Source of the DNA: a virus
Lineage: Duplodnaviria > Caudoviricetes
Direction: 5' to 3' (one strand)
Length of the DNA: 60,648 nucleotides
Virus record (IMG/VR): IMGVR_UViG_3300022602_000101
Span: 1-60,648 of that record
This document shows, one piece after another, positions 33,455 to 43,851 of this stretch; position 1 is the first letter of the stretch, and every line of letters starts with the position of its first letter. Under the pieces are notes generated by a model. That model saw only the letters and a program-made list of their open reading frames with translations. It did not search any database and had not been told where the DNA came from. A program made the position numbers and the translations under genes.

Positions 33455-34632
33455 AAAAGCCTACTCTCCACGTTATTGCACCATTTCATACCATGATGAA
33501 TACTGATTTTCATCATTGTGCATTTACACAAAAAGCATTCCGCATCCCAAAAATGATGCAGCCATTGGGGTATGAGGTGGTTGAGTATGCTAATGGTGTG
33601 TCAGAATCAGAAGCTGCCATCAAGGTCATGATACTCTCACAAGAGGAGCTTGAGAAATCAACTGGCAAGCATGAGAAGTCAGCATTCCATGGTAACACTG
33701 CTGTTATTGGTACTCCACATTGGACTGAGTTTGATAAACGTGTTAAGGAACAGTTAGCAAAGCATGTAAAACCTAATGACATCATTTGTCACCCATTTGG
33801 TAGGGCACATGCTGACATTGTGAAGATGTTTCCACAACAGTACCATGTTGAAACAGGTATTGGTTACCCTGACTCAGACTTTGGTGCATTCCGTATCTTT
33901 GAATCATATGCATGGATGCACTACCATTTGGGCAAAAAGCTACATTTCGACCAAAATGGACGAGTATGCTACAACCAAGATCAATTACCAATAGTGGGTG
34001 AAGGTGGTAAGGATTACATGTGGATCGTTCCAAACTACTTTGACCTTGAGGATTGGCCATATAACCCCAATAAGGGCCAGTATTTGCTCTATTACGGCCG
34101 TATCTGCACAGAAAAGGGTCTAGATACCATTAAAGCTATTGCTGACTATCTTGACGAGGAAATCTGGCTTGTTGGCCAAGGTGATTCATCACCATGGAAG
34201 CATGAGAAACTTGTATACAAGGGACCACGCACTGGTAAAGAACGTTCTGAAGTGGTTGGTAATGCCAAAGCGTTACTCATGCCAACACGCTACATTGAAC
34301 CATTTGGTGGTGCTGGTGTTGAGGGACAACTCACTGGTGCCCCACTAATAGCTAGTAGCTATGGTTGCTTCAGTGAAACAATTGAGCATGGTAAAACAGG
34401 CTACAGGTGCCACACATTGGGTGATTGGTTAGATGCAATCAAGAATGTGAATGATGGCAAAATCGACCGAGAATACACATCACAAAGAGCACAAAGACTG
34501 TACTCATTAGATACATGTGCTGAACGCTTTGATGCAATATTCCAACAGATATGTGACCTTGGTAGACCAGCTAATGACCCATTAGGATCAGGGTGGTATC
34601 ACCGTAAGGGACATATGGTACATTTACCCTAA
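33451..34632 (+). CDS. GT-B (GT4-like) glycosyltransferase
   Basis: YYGRICTEKG, PTRYIEPFGGAGVE (ExxxxxxxE), ETIEHGKTGY. Confidence 0.85.
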   Translation: MKKPTLHVIAPFHTMMNTDFHHCAFTQKAFRIPKMMQPLGYEVVEYANGVSESEAAIKVMILSQEELEKSTGKHEKSAFHGNTAVIGTPHWTEFDKRVKEQLAKHVKPNDIICHPFGRAHADIVKMFPQQYHVETGIGYPDSDFGAFRIFESYAWMHYHLGKKLHFDQNGRVCYNQDQLPIVGEGGKDYMWIVPNYFDLEDWPYNPNKGQYLLYYGRICTEKGLDTIKAIADYLDEEIWLVGQGDSSPWKHEKLVYKGPRTGKERSEVVGNAKALLMPTRYIEPFGGAGVEGQLTGAPLIASSYGCFSETIEHGKTGYRCHTLGDWLDAIKNVNDGKIDREYTSQRAQRLYSLDTCAERFDAIFQQICDLGRPANDPLGSGWYHRKGHMVHLP

Positions 34633-35255
34633 ACTGCATCACCCTTCTTCAGGTTATCAATTGCCCACAACGGCTGCAAATTGGTGTAGTGGAAGCATGC
34701 TGCCTGCTGCACTGGATCACTCATGTCATATGAGCTACATGGCTTAATGTGATCAATGTGCCATTCACCATAATTGGACCATGACATGCCACTGGTGAAA
34801 CGTGCCTCAAGATGTGCACGCAATTGCTCCACTGTGCAACCAAGGAGTTGCAATGTTTTGTCTGCTTTCAAATAACCAGTCATCACATGCTTTAAACGAT
34901 TACGAAGATTTGCTAACACTTTGTAATTGATATCAGTGTGGCGTTTATTGCGCACATATTCTCTGCGGAATCTTCTATACTTTGGTGTTCTTGCTCGTTC
35001 ACGCCAATATGTTCTTAAACGTTCTCTATTTTCTTCTCTGTATTTTCTTAAGTATTCTGTTTTCTCTTCTCTTTTACCTTTGTCATTGATACATTGCTTT
35101 TCTATTTTACTTTTACGATAAGCAGCATCTGTATCGTATTTTTCTTTCATTTTTTTTCTGCAATACTCATTAATTTTTGCTCTGTATGCAGGATCTTGCA
35201 TACGTTTTTCTTTCCATGCTTTTAAATATGCTGCTTTTTCTTCTTTGGTTTTCAT
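34629..35255 (-). CDS. HNH endonuclease (free-standing, homing type)
   Basis: Basic helical N-terminus; GMSWSNYGEWHIDHIKPC...FHYTNLQPLWAIDNLKK. Confidence 0.85.
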   Translation of the reverse strand: MKTKEEKAAYLKAWKEKRMQDPAYRAKINEYCRKKMKEKYDTDAAYRKSKIEKQCINDKGKREEKTEYLRKYREENRERLRTYWRERARTPKYRRFRREYVRNKRHTDINYKVLANLRNRLKHVMTGYLKADKTLQLLGCTVEQLRAHLEARFTSGMSWSNYGEWHIDHIKPCSSYDMSDPVQQAACFHYTNLQPLWAIDNLKKGDAV

Positions 35256-35294
35256 TTAGTGATACAAAACTTCTTTTTATATATATGCAAGCAT

Positions 35295-35325
35295 AAAAAA
35301 GGAGCACTCCGAAGAGTGCCCCTTT
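35295..35325 (-). terminator. intrinsic terminator of the capsid transcript
   Basis: Minus strand AAGGGGCACTC-TTCG-GAGTGCTCCTT-TTTT, with a cUUCGg tetraloop. Confidence 0.85.
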
Positions 35326-35357
35326 GTGTTATAGCTTATTACAAGCTAATGGTTGTA

Positions 35358-36611
35358 TTAAGCACCTGAAACGCCTGTGCAAGCGATAACATTATCGTTC
35401 TCGAAGCAGCGTTTATAAAGGATTGGTAATACGAACCAAGGATAGATTGGGCGATAAGCACGACCGATCTGGAATGCAAGAACTCCATAATTTCTGAAAA
35501 AATTCTGCACCATATCTGGGTATGCACCAAATATGACTTCACCACCGAACATTTGCTGTGCCCATTTAACACGGCCTTCACCAACCCACTTTGCTGGTAC
35601 TTGGCGCTCAAATGAGTTACGAGCAAACAAGAAACCAACTTCATGAGAAGCTACTAACCAGCCTGGGTTCACAACTTCGATTGTACCAGTTGTACCAGAT
35701 ACAGCTGCATATGGTTCAACAGCGACATAAGCACTGCCTGACCAGTTGTAGCGTAGTGGACGTTGGTCTTCACCGAAATCAATACCACGGTAGAGAGCTT
35801 TGAATAAGTAACCATTGTTACCTTTCTTAGCTTCAGCTTCACCACTGATAGCGGATACAGCTAATGGTCCGATTGGGAATGAAGCGTAGGAACCAGGTTG
35901 ACCTGAACCTAAGTCATTACGTAGGTACTCTAAGATATCAGCTGAACCAATGAAGCGAACGTGAGCATTTTCACCTTCACCGAATTTCCATGCTAATAGA
36001 TCCTGTGTGAGGTAACGAGCATAGCGGTGGAGAAGTTCAAATGTTAAACGGCTATCCGAATAAGTATTTGGTAATGCTGTGTCGATCTGTTGCTGACCAC
36101 CAGAGATGGTGCTATAGAACGATGCACTTGATTGAACAACTGCTTTAACACCAGAGCGTGAGAAGATTTCAGCACGTGTGTCAGCATTGATCAATTCTGT
36201 GGAGTATTGCTGTACAGCTTGTAACTGTGAAGCTAAGGACTCTTTGAATGAATTGTATGCAACGTTAAGAGCGATAACATCAGAGAAATCTTGGTAAATC
36301 TTAGCTTGATATTGGTAGCTAGATGTACCTGATTTGCTGTTACCAGCATTGGAACCGATACTTGTAACATTGCCCATAACATTGAAGCTTGGGAACGTCA
36401 TGGAAGTACCAGGGACGGTACGACCTTGCACTACTGAGACGTGCACAGGTGATACTTGAGCCTCAAAGGTCTTCTGTGGAAGCACTGAGAGGTAAGGAAC
36501 ATTGGCAGCTAAAGCAGCGCCAATAGGAGCGATAATGCGAGTTGGATCTGCAGCAAAAATCTGTGTTGCTGTTGGTAGATCCACAAACGCAGGAGTAGGA
36601 GTAATAGGCAT
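35358..36611 (-). CDS. major capsid protein
   Basis: 417 aa; high-expression codon choice (TTC/AAC/ATC/GCT/CGT); own strong promoter and terminator; C-terminal AYRPIYPWFVLPILYKRC resembles capsid proteins of related uncultured phages; no other capsid candidate. Confidence 0.75.
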   Translation of the reverse strand: MPITPTPAFVDLPTATQIFAADPTRIIAPIGAALAANVPYLSVLPQKTFEAQVSPVHVSVVQGRTVPGTSMTFPSFNVMGNVTSIGSNAGNSKSGTSSYQYQAKIYQDFSDVIALNVAYNSFKESLASQLQAVQQYSTELINADTRAEIFSRSGVKAVVQSSASFYSTISGGQQQIDTALPNTYSDSRLTFELLHRYARYLTQDLLAWKFGEGENAHVRFIGSADILEYLRNDLGSGQPGSYASFPIGPLAVSAISGEAEAKKGNNGYLFKALYRGIDFGEDQRPLRYNWSGSAYVAVEPYAAVSGTTGTIEVVNPGWLVASHEVGFLFARNSFERQVPAKWVGEGRVKWAQQMFGGEVIFGAYPDMVQNFFRNYGVLAFQIGRAYRPIYPWFVLPILYKRCFENDNVIACTGVSGA

Positions 36612-36761
36612 GATTGTGAATATGACTAACTGTTTTTCTGTTTTGCTATGGATACAGCCATAACTACTGTTTGCTGGTGGGTATTTCCAAGCATGCTAGA
36701 CCCGTTTCGCTCCAGCAGGTATGCTCTTTCGAGCGAGCCGACCTTACGGTTAGACCTCTGT
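36612..36761 (-). ncRNA. structured 5' leader of the capsid mRNA
   Basis: Hairpins ACC-GUAA-GGU and GCUC-GAAA-GAGC (GNRA loops); UGCUGG/CCAGCA enclosing GGGU/ACCC; UUAUGG/CCAUAG. Confidence 0.55.
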
Positions 36762-36767
36762 GTTAAC

Positions 36768-36797
36768 ACATTAACATATTACGTTTTTACTTGTCAA
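36768..36797 (-). promoter_or_regulatory. strong sigma70-like promoter for the capsid gene
   Basis: TTGACA-N18-TAATGT with an extended TG. Confidence 0.7.
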
Positions 36798-36833
36798 TTA
36801 GTAGTTAATCTAATGATAATGATTACATGACAC

Positions 36834-37175
36834 GTGAATAAAACTGGTTATTACACAGATCCGACAAGAAAATGCAGATTTTCAGTGGATTACGTGACCC
36901 CTGGGGCACAAGGACTGGCATGGGCCATCTTGCTAAAAGCTATTGAAGATGGGTGCAGTGAAGACTGGTTACGTGACATCATCAGGTACTACGGTATCAA
37001 CTTCGATGAGGATCTTTTGAGTCGTTTACCTGCAAATAAGGTAAAACTAAACAATCAAACTAATCAAATGATGGGATTTCGTTTCACACATGTGCAAACC
37101 CCTCGTAAACCACTATTAAGCATGGAAGATGGCCTACACATTAAAGGACTCACAAAGGTTGCCACAGAGGAGTGA
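36834..37175 (+). CDS. hypothetical protein
   Basis: 113-aa GTG-start ORF divergent from the capsid gene. Confidence 0.5.
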   Translation: MNKTGYYTDPTRKCRFSVDYVTPGAQGLAWAILLKAIEDGCSEDWLRDIIRYYGINFDEDLLSRLPANKVKLNNQTNQMMGFRFTHVQTPRKPLLSMEDGLHIKGLTKVATEE

Positions 37176-37187
37176 TTTTGTTACTGT
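37159..37187 (+). promoter_or_regulatory. leaderless-type sigma70 promoter
   Basis: TTGCCA-N17-TACTGT-N6-ATG(37194), with an extended TG. Confidence 0.6.
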
Positions 37188-37193
37188 TGAAAT

Positions 37194-40010
37194 ATGTCTT
37201 GCGACCCATGTTCACAACCTGCTTGGTGTACCCCACCAAATTTTGACATACTGTTCCCTGACCTCATTGGTCCAACAGGTGCCACAGGTGTGCTTGGGCC
37301 AACTGGTGCCACGGGTCCGCAGGGTACCACAGGACCTACTGGTCCAAAGGGTAGCACAGGTAGTACGGGACCAATTGGACCACAAGGGTTAACAGGACCA
37401 CAAGGTGTGACTGGCCCATCAGGACCAACAGGTCCTAGTGGTGCAACAGGGCCACAAGGTACCACTGGTACCACAGGTGCGACAGGTATCCAAGGACCAC
37501 AGGGTGGTACTGGACCAACTGGCGCACAAGGCATACAGGGTGCAACAGGACCCACAGGTATTCAAGGGCCACAAGGCTCAACAGGTGCAACAGGTGTTAT
37601 TGGTCAAACTGGTACAACGGGTGCCACGGGACCAATTGGCACAACTGGTGCAACTGGACCACAAGGTAGCACAGGACCGACTGGTACACAGGGTATCACT
37701 GGACCAACTGGTGCAACTGGACCAATTGGTGTCACTGGTCCGACAGGACAAACAGGACCATCAGGTCACACTGGCGCAACAGGTCCACAAGGGCCAACTG
37801 GATCACAGGGTACAACTGGACCAACGGGACCAATTGGTATTAGTGGTGCAACAGGTAGCACTGGATCACAGGGTTTAACTGGTAGCACTGGACCAACAGG
37901 TATACAGGGTCCACAGGGTAGTACTGGTGCGACAGGTGTACAAGGTGTAACAGGGCCAACAGGACCGCAAGGAACGACAGGACCAACGGGACCACAGGGT
38001 GATCGCTATTCGACAACGAGTACAACATCTTTGGCGATACCAGCACTGAATGCATCAGTGACGCTGACAGTGGGCACAGGGTTGGCATACACAGCTGGAC
38101 AGGAAGTCGTTGTTTATAATTCAGCTGGCAACAATTTTAGCATGGTGCTGACGAGCTACAATAGTGGCACGGGTAGCATGACGGGTACAGTTAATAACAC
38201 AGTTGGTAGTGGTACATACACTACATGGACAGTGAACTTGTCAGGCGCCGTTGGGTCCCCAGGGGCCACTGGCGTCACAGGTCCCACTGGTCCTAGTGGT
38301 GTCAATGGTGCCACTGGTCCATCAGGTCCCACTGGTCCCACTGGACCCACTGGTCCACAGGGTATCACTGGACCCGTTGGTGGCACTGGTGCCACAGGTT
38401 CCACTGGACCAGCTGGAACAAATGGTGCAACAGGTGCTACTGGTATACAGGGACCAAGTGGTCCAATTGGACCAACAGGACCAATTGGTATAACGGGTGC
38501 CACTGGTATTCAAGGTCCATCAGGACCAACAGGTGCCACAGGACCACAGGGTGCTACAGGTGCTGGTGTAACAGGTGCCACTGGACCAACTGGTGCTGGT
38601 GGTGCACTTGGTTATTATGGTTCATTTTACGATACAACTAATCAAACAGCATCAAGTACAACAACGGCATATGTTGTTAACATTGGTGGTTTATTTGAGA
38701 ACAATGGTGTATCGATAACATCAGGCAACAGGATTACTTTTGCGAATGCTGGCACATATAATTTACAGTATTCAATACAGTTTACTAATAGTGATTCAAA
38801 CTCAGATAATGTTGATGTTTGGTTGCGCAAAAATGGTACTGACATAACAGATAGCAATAGCATTTACAATGTATCAGGAACATCACATGGTGGTTCAGGT
38901 GCATTAATTGCTGCTGTTAATTATGTACTTACAGTGGCTGCTGGTGATTACTTGCAGCTCATGTGGGCAGTATCAAATACCACAATTGGTATTACGACAT
39001 TTGCAGCACAGACAGGACCAACAGTGCCAGTGACCCCAGGCGTCATTGTCACTGCACAACAGGTCATGTACACACAGCTTGGACCATCTGGTGCCACTGG
39101 TAGCACTGGACCACAAGGCAGCACTGGTGCCACTGGTGCACAAGGTGTCACAGGTATCACTGGTGCTACTGGTATTCAGGGACCAGCTGGTGCAACTGGT
39201 GCAACAGGTGTTGCTGGTGTTAATGGTGCAACTGGTCCAACTGGTATACAGGGACCACAAGGTGCCACTGGCGCCACTGGTGTGCAAGGTGTCACTGGAC
39301 CAACAGGTGTTGCTGGTACCAATGGTGCGACAGGTGCAACTGGTACAGCTGGTAGCAATGGAACAACTGGTGCAACAGGACCAAGTGGTATTGTTAATGT
39401 ACAGACATTAGCTAGTGGTCCAACTGGTGCACATAATGGTGATCTGTGGTGGGCGACCAATACGGGTCAATTAAAGATTTATTATACTGATTCAAACGGT
39501 TCACAGTGGGTCGATGCATCACAAGGTGCTGCTGGTCCACAAGGTCCAACGGGACCAACAGGTGTCACTGGTAACACAGGTAGCACTGGTGCAACTGGTC
39601 CACAGGGCACAACTGGTCCAACGGGTACACAAGGTACCACTGGTCCAACTGGTCCACAAGGTGGCACTGGCAGCACTGGTCCAACTGGCGTGCAGGGAAC
39701 AACTGGTCCAACAGGTGTTAGTGGTCCAACAGGACCAACTGGTCCATCAGGTATTGTTACAGTGCAAACACTAGCAAGTGGACCAACAGGACAACTCAAT
39801 GGTAATTTATGGTGGAACACCAACACTGGTCAGCTCAAGATATGGTACACTGATACCAATGGATCACAATGGGTTGATGCAGCACAGGGTGCAGCTGGAC
39901 CACAGGGACCAACAGGCGCCACGGGTGTTACTGGTTCACAAGGTAGCACTGGTGCAACAGGACCAGTACCAATCGGCAAAATAGCAGCTTTATCAATGAT
40001 ATTCAGTTAA
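37194..40010 (+). CDS. long collagen-like fibre protein
   Basis: 938 aa; Cys-rich N-terminus; several Gly-X-Thr tracts with an inserted beta module, a BclA-C/C1q-like domain (YYGSFYDTT...[11 protein letters not shown]) and two [15 protein letters not shown] knobs. Confidence 0.88.
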   Translation: MSCDPCSQPAWCTPPNFDILFPDLIGPTGATGVLGPTGATGPQGTTGPTGPKGSTGSTGPIGPQGLTGPQGVTGPSGPTGPSGATGPQGTTGTTGATGIQGPQGGTGPTGAQGIQGATGPTGIQGPQGSTGATGVIGQTGTTGATGPIGTTGATGPQGSTGPTGTQGITGPTGATGPIGVTGPTGQTGPSGHTGATGPQGPTGSQGTTGPTGPIGISGATGSTGSQGLTGSTGPTGIQGPQGSTGATGVQGVTGPTGPQGTTGPTGPQGDRYSTTSTTSLAIPALNASVTLTVGTGLAYTAGQEVVVYNSAGNNFSMVLTSYNSGTGSMTGTVNNTVGSGTYTTWTVNLSGAVGSPGATGVTGPTGPSGVNGATGPSGPTGPTGPTGPQGITGPVGGTGATGSTGPAGTNGATGATGIQGPSGPIGPTGPIGITGATGIQGPSGPTGATGPQGATGAGVTGATGPTGAGGALGYYGSFYDTTNQTASSTTTAYVVNIGGLFENNGVSITSGNRITFANAGTYNLQYSIQFTNSDSNSDNVDVWLRKNGTDITDSNSIYNVSGTSHGGSGALIAAVNYVLTVAAGDYLQLMWAVSNTTIGITTFAAQTGPTVPVTPGVIVTAQQVMYTQLGPSGATGSTGPQGSTGATGAQGVTGITGATGIQGPAGATGATGVAGVNGATGPTGIQGPQGATGATGVQGVTGPTGVAGTNGATGATGTAGSNGTTGATGPSGIVNVQTLASGPTGAHNGDLWWATNTGQLKIYYTDSNGSQWVDASQGAAGPQGPTGPTGVTGNTGSTGATGPQGTTGPTGTQGTTGPTGPQGGTGSTGPTGVQGTTGPTGVSGPTGPTGPSGIVTVQTLASGPTGQLNGNLWWNTNTGQLKIWYTDTNGSQWVDAAQGAAGPQGPTGATGVTGSQGSTGATGPVPIGKIAALSMIFS

Positions 40011-40022
40011 CAACTTACTCAC

Positions 40023-40379
40023 ATGGCTAATCCTAATATTGCAGGCTTAACATACATCTACGGAACAACAAATGTTGTTAGTAGTGTATCTACATCAGGT
40101 AGCACAGTCATCTCATCAGTGCCATCAGCAACTGTGTACAAAGTGGATAGTGTTGTTGCTGCCAATAAAACAGGTAGTAGTGCTACAATTACTTTATATG
40201 TAACACGTAGTTCTGTTAATTATAACATTGCCTATCAAATTACTGTTCCAGCCAATGCTACGTTAGTAATTATAGGCAAAGATAGTTTTATTTACATGAA
40301 TGAATCAGATGTGCTAACAGCTGTTGCTGGTACAAGTTCCGCTATTGACATCGTTGCATCATACGAAGCTATTTCCTAA
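40023..40379 (+). CDS. small virion structural/adaptor protein
   Basis: MANPNI...ITVPANATL...SYEAIS; a family that typically precedes glycine-rich proteins in aquatic phages. Confidence 0.65.
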   Translation: MANPNIAGLTYIYGTTNVVSSVSTSGSTVISSVPSATVYKVDSVVAANKTGSSATITLYVTRSSVNYNIAYQITVPANATLVIIGKDSFIYMNESDVLTAVAGTSSAIDIVASYEAIS

Positions 40380-42763
40380 TGCGTTACCTAAAAGGCTCAT
40401 ACCTTAACACATCAACGACACCAGCACTAACAAGTGCGGTTGGTAGGTGGAACCTTGCTGATCAATTTGATGCAGCGAGACAGGGTACTTGGCCAGTAAT
40501 TGGTGTTACCGCAACAGGTGGTACACAAACATCAGGCAATGGCTACAATCAATGGAGCTTTACAACAACAGGCTCTAGCACGTTTACAGTTAGTTCTGGT
40601 GGTACTGTTTATTATGCTATAGTTGCTGGTGGAGGTGGCGGAGGTGCTGGTATCGGCGGAGGTGGCGGAGGTGGTAGTGTGGTATTAGGACAGACTACTT
40701 TAACGGCTGGTACATATACTATTGTCGTAGGAACAGGAGGTGCAGGTGCTGCATCACAATCTGTAAATGGTTCAAACGGAAACAATAGCAGTGCATTTGG
40801 TTTTGCTGCTGTTGGCGGTGGTGGCGGAGGTACAGATACAGGATCAGGAAGTAGTATTTTACCTAATGGTGCTGGAAATTCAGGAGGTTCTGGAGGCGGT
40901 GGTCGTGGACTTGGTGGTGCTATATCCATAGGTGGCGTTGGTGTTGCTGGTCAAGGATGGCAAGGTGGTGGAAATGGTAATTCATCTAGTCCATATCCAT
41001 CAGGAGGTGGCGGTGGTGCAGGAGGAATAGGTGCTACAGGTTCTGGATCTAATTCTGGAAATGGTGGTACAGGCTTAGGTGTTTATTTACCAGTAAGTAA
41101 TTCAACAATTTATTATGGAGGAGGCGGTGGAGGTGGTGCACAATCAATAGGTGTTGCAGGATCAGGTGGTACAGGAGGCGGTGGTGCAGGAGCAACATCT
41201 GGATCAGGTACATCTGGAACGGCTAACACTGGAGGCGGAGGCGGTGGAGCTGGAAATTCAGGTTCAAATTCCGCAACAGGAGGCTCAGGCATCGTTGTTA
41301 TATGGTCACCTATAGCTACCCTAGCTAAGACTCCTTATGTGCAATATGCTGTCGTTGCAGCAGGCGGTGGTGGGGGTAATACTGGCGGTGGTGGCGGTGC
41401 AGGTGGTGTATTACAAGGACTTGCTCAAGTGAGTGCTGGAACGGCCTATACGATTACAGTGGGATCAGGCGGAGCTGGTGGAACAGGATCTACAGGTTTA
41501 GGAGGAGCTGGTGGCAATTCAGCATTTGCATCTTTTGCTACGGCTACAGGTGGTGGATCTGGAGGTGGTTACAACGGATCAGATCAAGTTCCTACAACAG
41601 GTGGTAGTGGTGGTGGTGTTGAATCTGCTGGCAGTCTTTTTAACGGAGCTGCTGGAACAACAGGCCAAGGCTATGCAGGTGGTGGTAACGGTTCTAAAAA
41701 TCCTCCATATCCAAACGGAGGTGGTGGTGGATACGGAATGATAGGAGCTACAGGAACGGCATCTAGCAGTTCAGCAGGTGTAGCAGGTAACGGAGGCGAT
41801 GGCTTTACAACCTACATAGCCAACCCAGCAACGTATAGCTGGTCTAATCATTTTAATGGTAGTACAGATAATTTTACTGTACCTACTTCTTTTAGTATAT
41901 CTTCAGCTACAGCTTACACTATAGAATGTTGGGTTTTTATAACATCTTATTCATCTTATGGATTTATGTTTGGTGAATCAAATAATGGGATGAATTTTAA
42001 TATAAATTCAGGAGGTACGGTTTCGTTAAGTAAATCTGGAATTGGTTATGTTTTTAATGGGGTTGGTTCCGTTCCATTAAATACATGGACTCATATAGCA
42101 GCAGCAAGAAACACATCTAATTCTGCAAGATTATGGATTAATGGAGTTAGTATAGCAACTGCTACAGATAGTTATAGTTATACCAATACTACTACTTATG
42201 TTGGATCTGCTACATCTGGCAATTATTTAAACGGTTATATATCTAATTTAAGATTAGTAAATGGAACTGATGTATATGGAGTTGGTAATTCAACAATTAC
42301 AGTTCCGACAACTCCTTTAACAAATGTTACAAATACTCAATTATTAACGTGTCAGTCACCTACTTTTAGCGATTCTTCAAGCAACAACTATACATTAACA
42401 ATTAATGGTTCGCCATACATAGCCTCCCAAAACCCATTTGGTGCTTCCTACGCAGGGGGTGGTGCAGGTGGTGGTGCAAACGATGGTGTTATACCTGGAT
42501 ATGGTGGTATGGGTGGAGGTGGTAATGGTAACACAGGATTAACAGGAGGTGCAGGTGGTACAAACACAGGTGGTGGTGGGGCTGGCGGTCAATGGACTCC
42601 TACATCTTCTAGTACAGGTGGTGCAGGTGGTTCTGGTATTGTCATATTAGCTTATCCTTCCACCTATGCTACTGCTGCTAGCACCACGGGTTCGCCCACA
42701 CTGACCACTGCTAATGGTTACAATGTTTACAAATTCACTGCATCAGGTAGTATCACATTTTAA
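40379..42763 (+). CDS. glycine-rich virion protein with LamG/concanavalin-like domain
   Basis: Two VAGGGGGG...GGSGIV domains; LamG-like YTIECWV...WTHIAAAR...NGYISNLRLV inserted in the second. Confidence 0.8.
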   Translation: MRYLKGSYLNTSTTPALTSAVGRWNLADQFDAARQGTWPVIGVTATGGTQTSGNGYNQWSFTTTGSSTFTVSSGGTVYYAIVAGGGGGGAGIGGGGGGGSVVLGQTTLTAGTYTIVVGTGGAGAASQSVNGSNGNNSSAFGFAAVGGGGGGTDTGSGSSILPNGAGNSGGSGGGGRGLGGAISIGGVGVAGQGWQGGGNGNSSSPYPSGGGGGAGGIGATGSGSNSGNGGTGLGVYLPVSNSTIYYGGGGGGGAQSIGVAGSGGTGGGGAGATSGSGTSGTANTGGGGGGAGNSGSNSATGGSGIVVIWSPIATLAKTPYVQYAVVAAGGGGGNTGGGGGAGGVLQGLAQVSAGTAYTITVGSGGAGGTGSTGLGGAGGNSAFASFATATGGGSGGGYNGSDQVPTTGGSGGGVESAGSLFNGAAGTTGQGYAGGGNGSKNPPYPNGGGGGYGMIGATGTASSSSAGVAGNGGDGFTTYIANPATYSWSNHFNGSTDNFTVPTSFSISSATAYTIECWVFITSYSSYGFMFGESNNGMNFNINSGGTVSLSKSGIGYVFNGVGSVPLNTWTHIAAARNTSNSARLWINGVSIATATDSYSYTNTTTYVGSATSGNYLNGYISNLRLVNGTDVYGVGNSTITVPTTPLTNVTNTQLLTCQSPTFSDSSSNNYTLTINGSPYIASQNPFGASYAGGGAGGGANDGVIPGYGGMGGGGNGNTGLTGGAGGTNTGGGGAGGQWTPTSSSTGGAGGSGIVILAYPSTYATAASTTGSPTLTTANGYNVYKFTASGSITF

Positions 42764-42777
42764 TATCACATAACATC

Positions 42778-43194
42778 ATGGCACACTTCGCACAAATCGA
42801 CATAAATAGTAAGGTTATCAACGTTCTCGTTGTCCCTGATGATCAAGCATCACGTGGCAGTGATTACTTGTCCAAGGATCTTGGCCTTGGCGGTCTCTGG
42901 GTACAAACAAGCTACAACACACGTGGTGGTGTTCACTATGGTCCTGATGGTCAGCCTGATGGTGGTGTTGCACTGCGCAAGAACTATGCTGGCTTGGGCT
43001 ACAGCTACAATGCCACACTTGATGCATTTGTCCCACCACAACCATATCCATCATGGGTGCTCAATAATGACACTGGTTTGTGGGACGCACCAGTTGCAAT
43101 GCCAGCAGCTATTGATGGCTCAATATGGGTATGGGATGAACCAAGCAAGGGTTGGGTTGCCAATGCATTACCAACAGCGCCAACAACAACCTGA
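42778..43194 (+). CDS. conserved partner of glycine-rich proteins (possible fibre chaperone)
   Basis: MAHFAQI...WVQTSYN...LRKNYAG.GYSY...PPQPYPSW family pattern. Confidence 0.7.
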   Translation: MAHFAQIDINSKVINVLVVPDDQASRGSDYLSKDLGLGGLWVQTSYNTRGGVHYGPDGQPDGGVALRKNYAGLGYSYNATLDAFVPPQPYPSWVLNNDTGLWDAPVAMPAAIDGSIWVWDEPSKGWVANALPTAPTTT

Positions 43195-43245
43195 TTGCCA
43201 ACAATACCAATAACAGGGTAAATTAATTATTAACAACATACTACC

Positions 43246-43848
43246 ATGGCACTGAATTTTCCAGCATCACCCTCAGTTGGCAACACCTACACCTATGGCT
43301 CATATACATGGCAATGGGATGGTAACTCGTGGGTGGGCGCAGTGCCAATTGTTAATGCTACCATTAACAACACCACCATTGGTGCCACAACACCAAGCAC
43401 AGCGGTGTTCACCACATTGGCCACAACGGGTGTTACCACACTTGGTACCTATGCGACCATTTATGAATTAATTGAGAATGCCACAATAACAGCTGGTGCA
43501 CCAAGTTCGACAACGAACTTTGATGTCATCACACAGGCAGTGCAGTATTACACCAGTAATACAACAACCAATTTTACACTCAACATACGTGGTAACAGTT
43601 CGACCAGCCTGAATTCATTATTGTCGGTGGGACAATCAGCCACCATTGCATTACTGGTCACCAATAGTTCATCAGCATTCTACCCCAATGCTATCACCAT
43701 TGATGGTACCAGTGTGACACCAAAATGGGGTGGTGGTACAGCACCAACCAGTGGTGATGCTAGTGCCATTGACGTGTATGTATTTACTGTTATTAAGACA
43801 GCTAGTGCTACCTATACTGTATTAGGTAACCAGACAAAATACGCTTAA
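43246..43848 (+). CDS. virion structural/adaptor protein
   Basis: MALNFPASPSVG...WQWDG..W N-terminus and YYTSN...PKWGGGTAP...IDVY C-terminal domain. Confidence 0.7.
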   Translation: MALNFPASPSVGNTYTYGSYTWQWDGNSWVGAVPIVNATINNTTIGATTPSTAVFTTLATTGVTTLGTYATIYELIENATITAGAPSSTTNFDVITQAVQYYTSNTTTNFTLNIRGNSSTSLNSLLSVGQSATIALLVTNSSSAFYPNAITIDGTSVTPKWGGGTAPTSGDASAIDVYVFTVIKTASATYTVLGNQTKYA

Positions 43849-43851
43849 TAT

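Noticed and set aside
36612-36765. Hammerhead ribozyme or canonical c-di-GMP-I riboswitch
   Set aside because: There is no CUGAnGA core and the aptamer elements are not in canonical order; kept only as an unclassified structured leader
39385-39885. Diversity-generating retroelement template/variable pair in the duplicated knob of 37194
   Set aside because: There is no reverse transcriptase, and the differences look mostly synonymous rather than adenine-specific; this is an ordinary internal duplication
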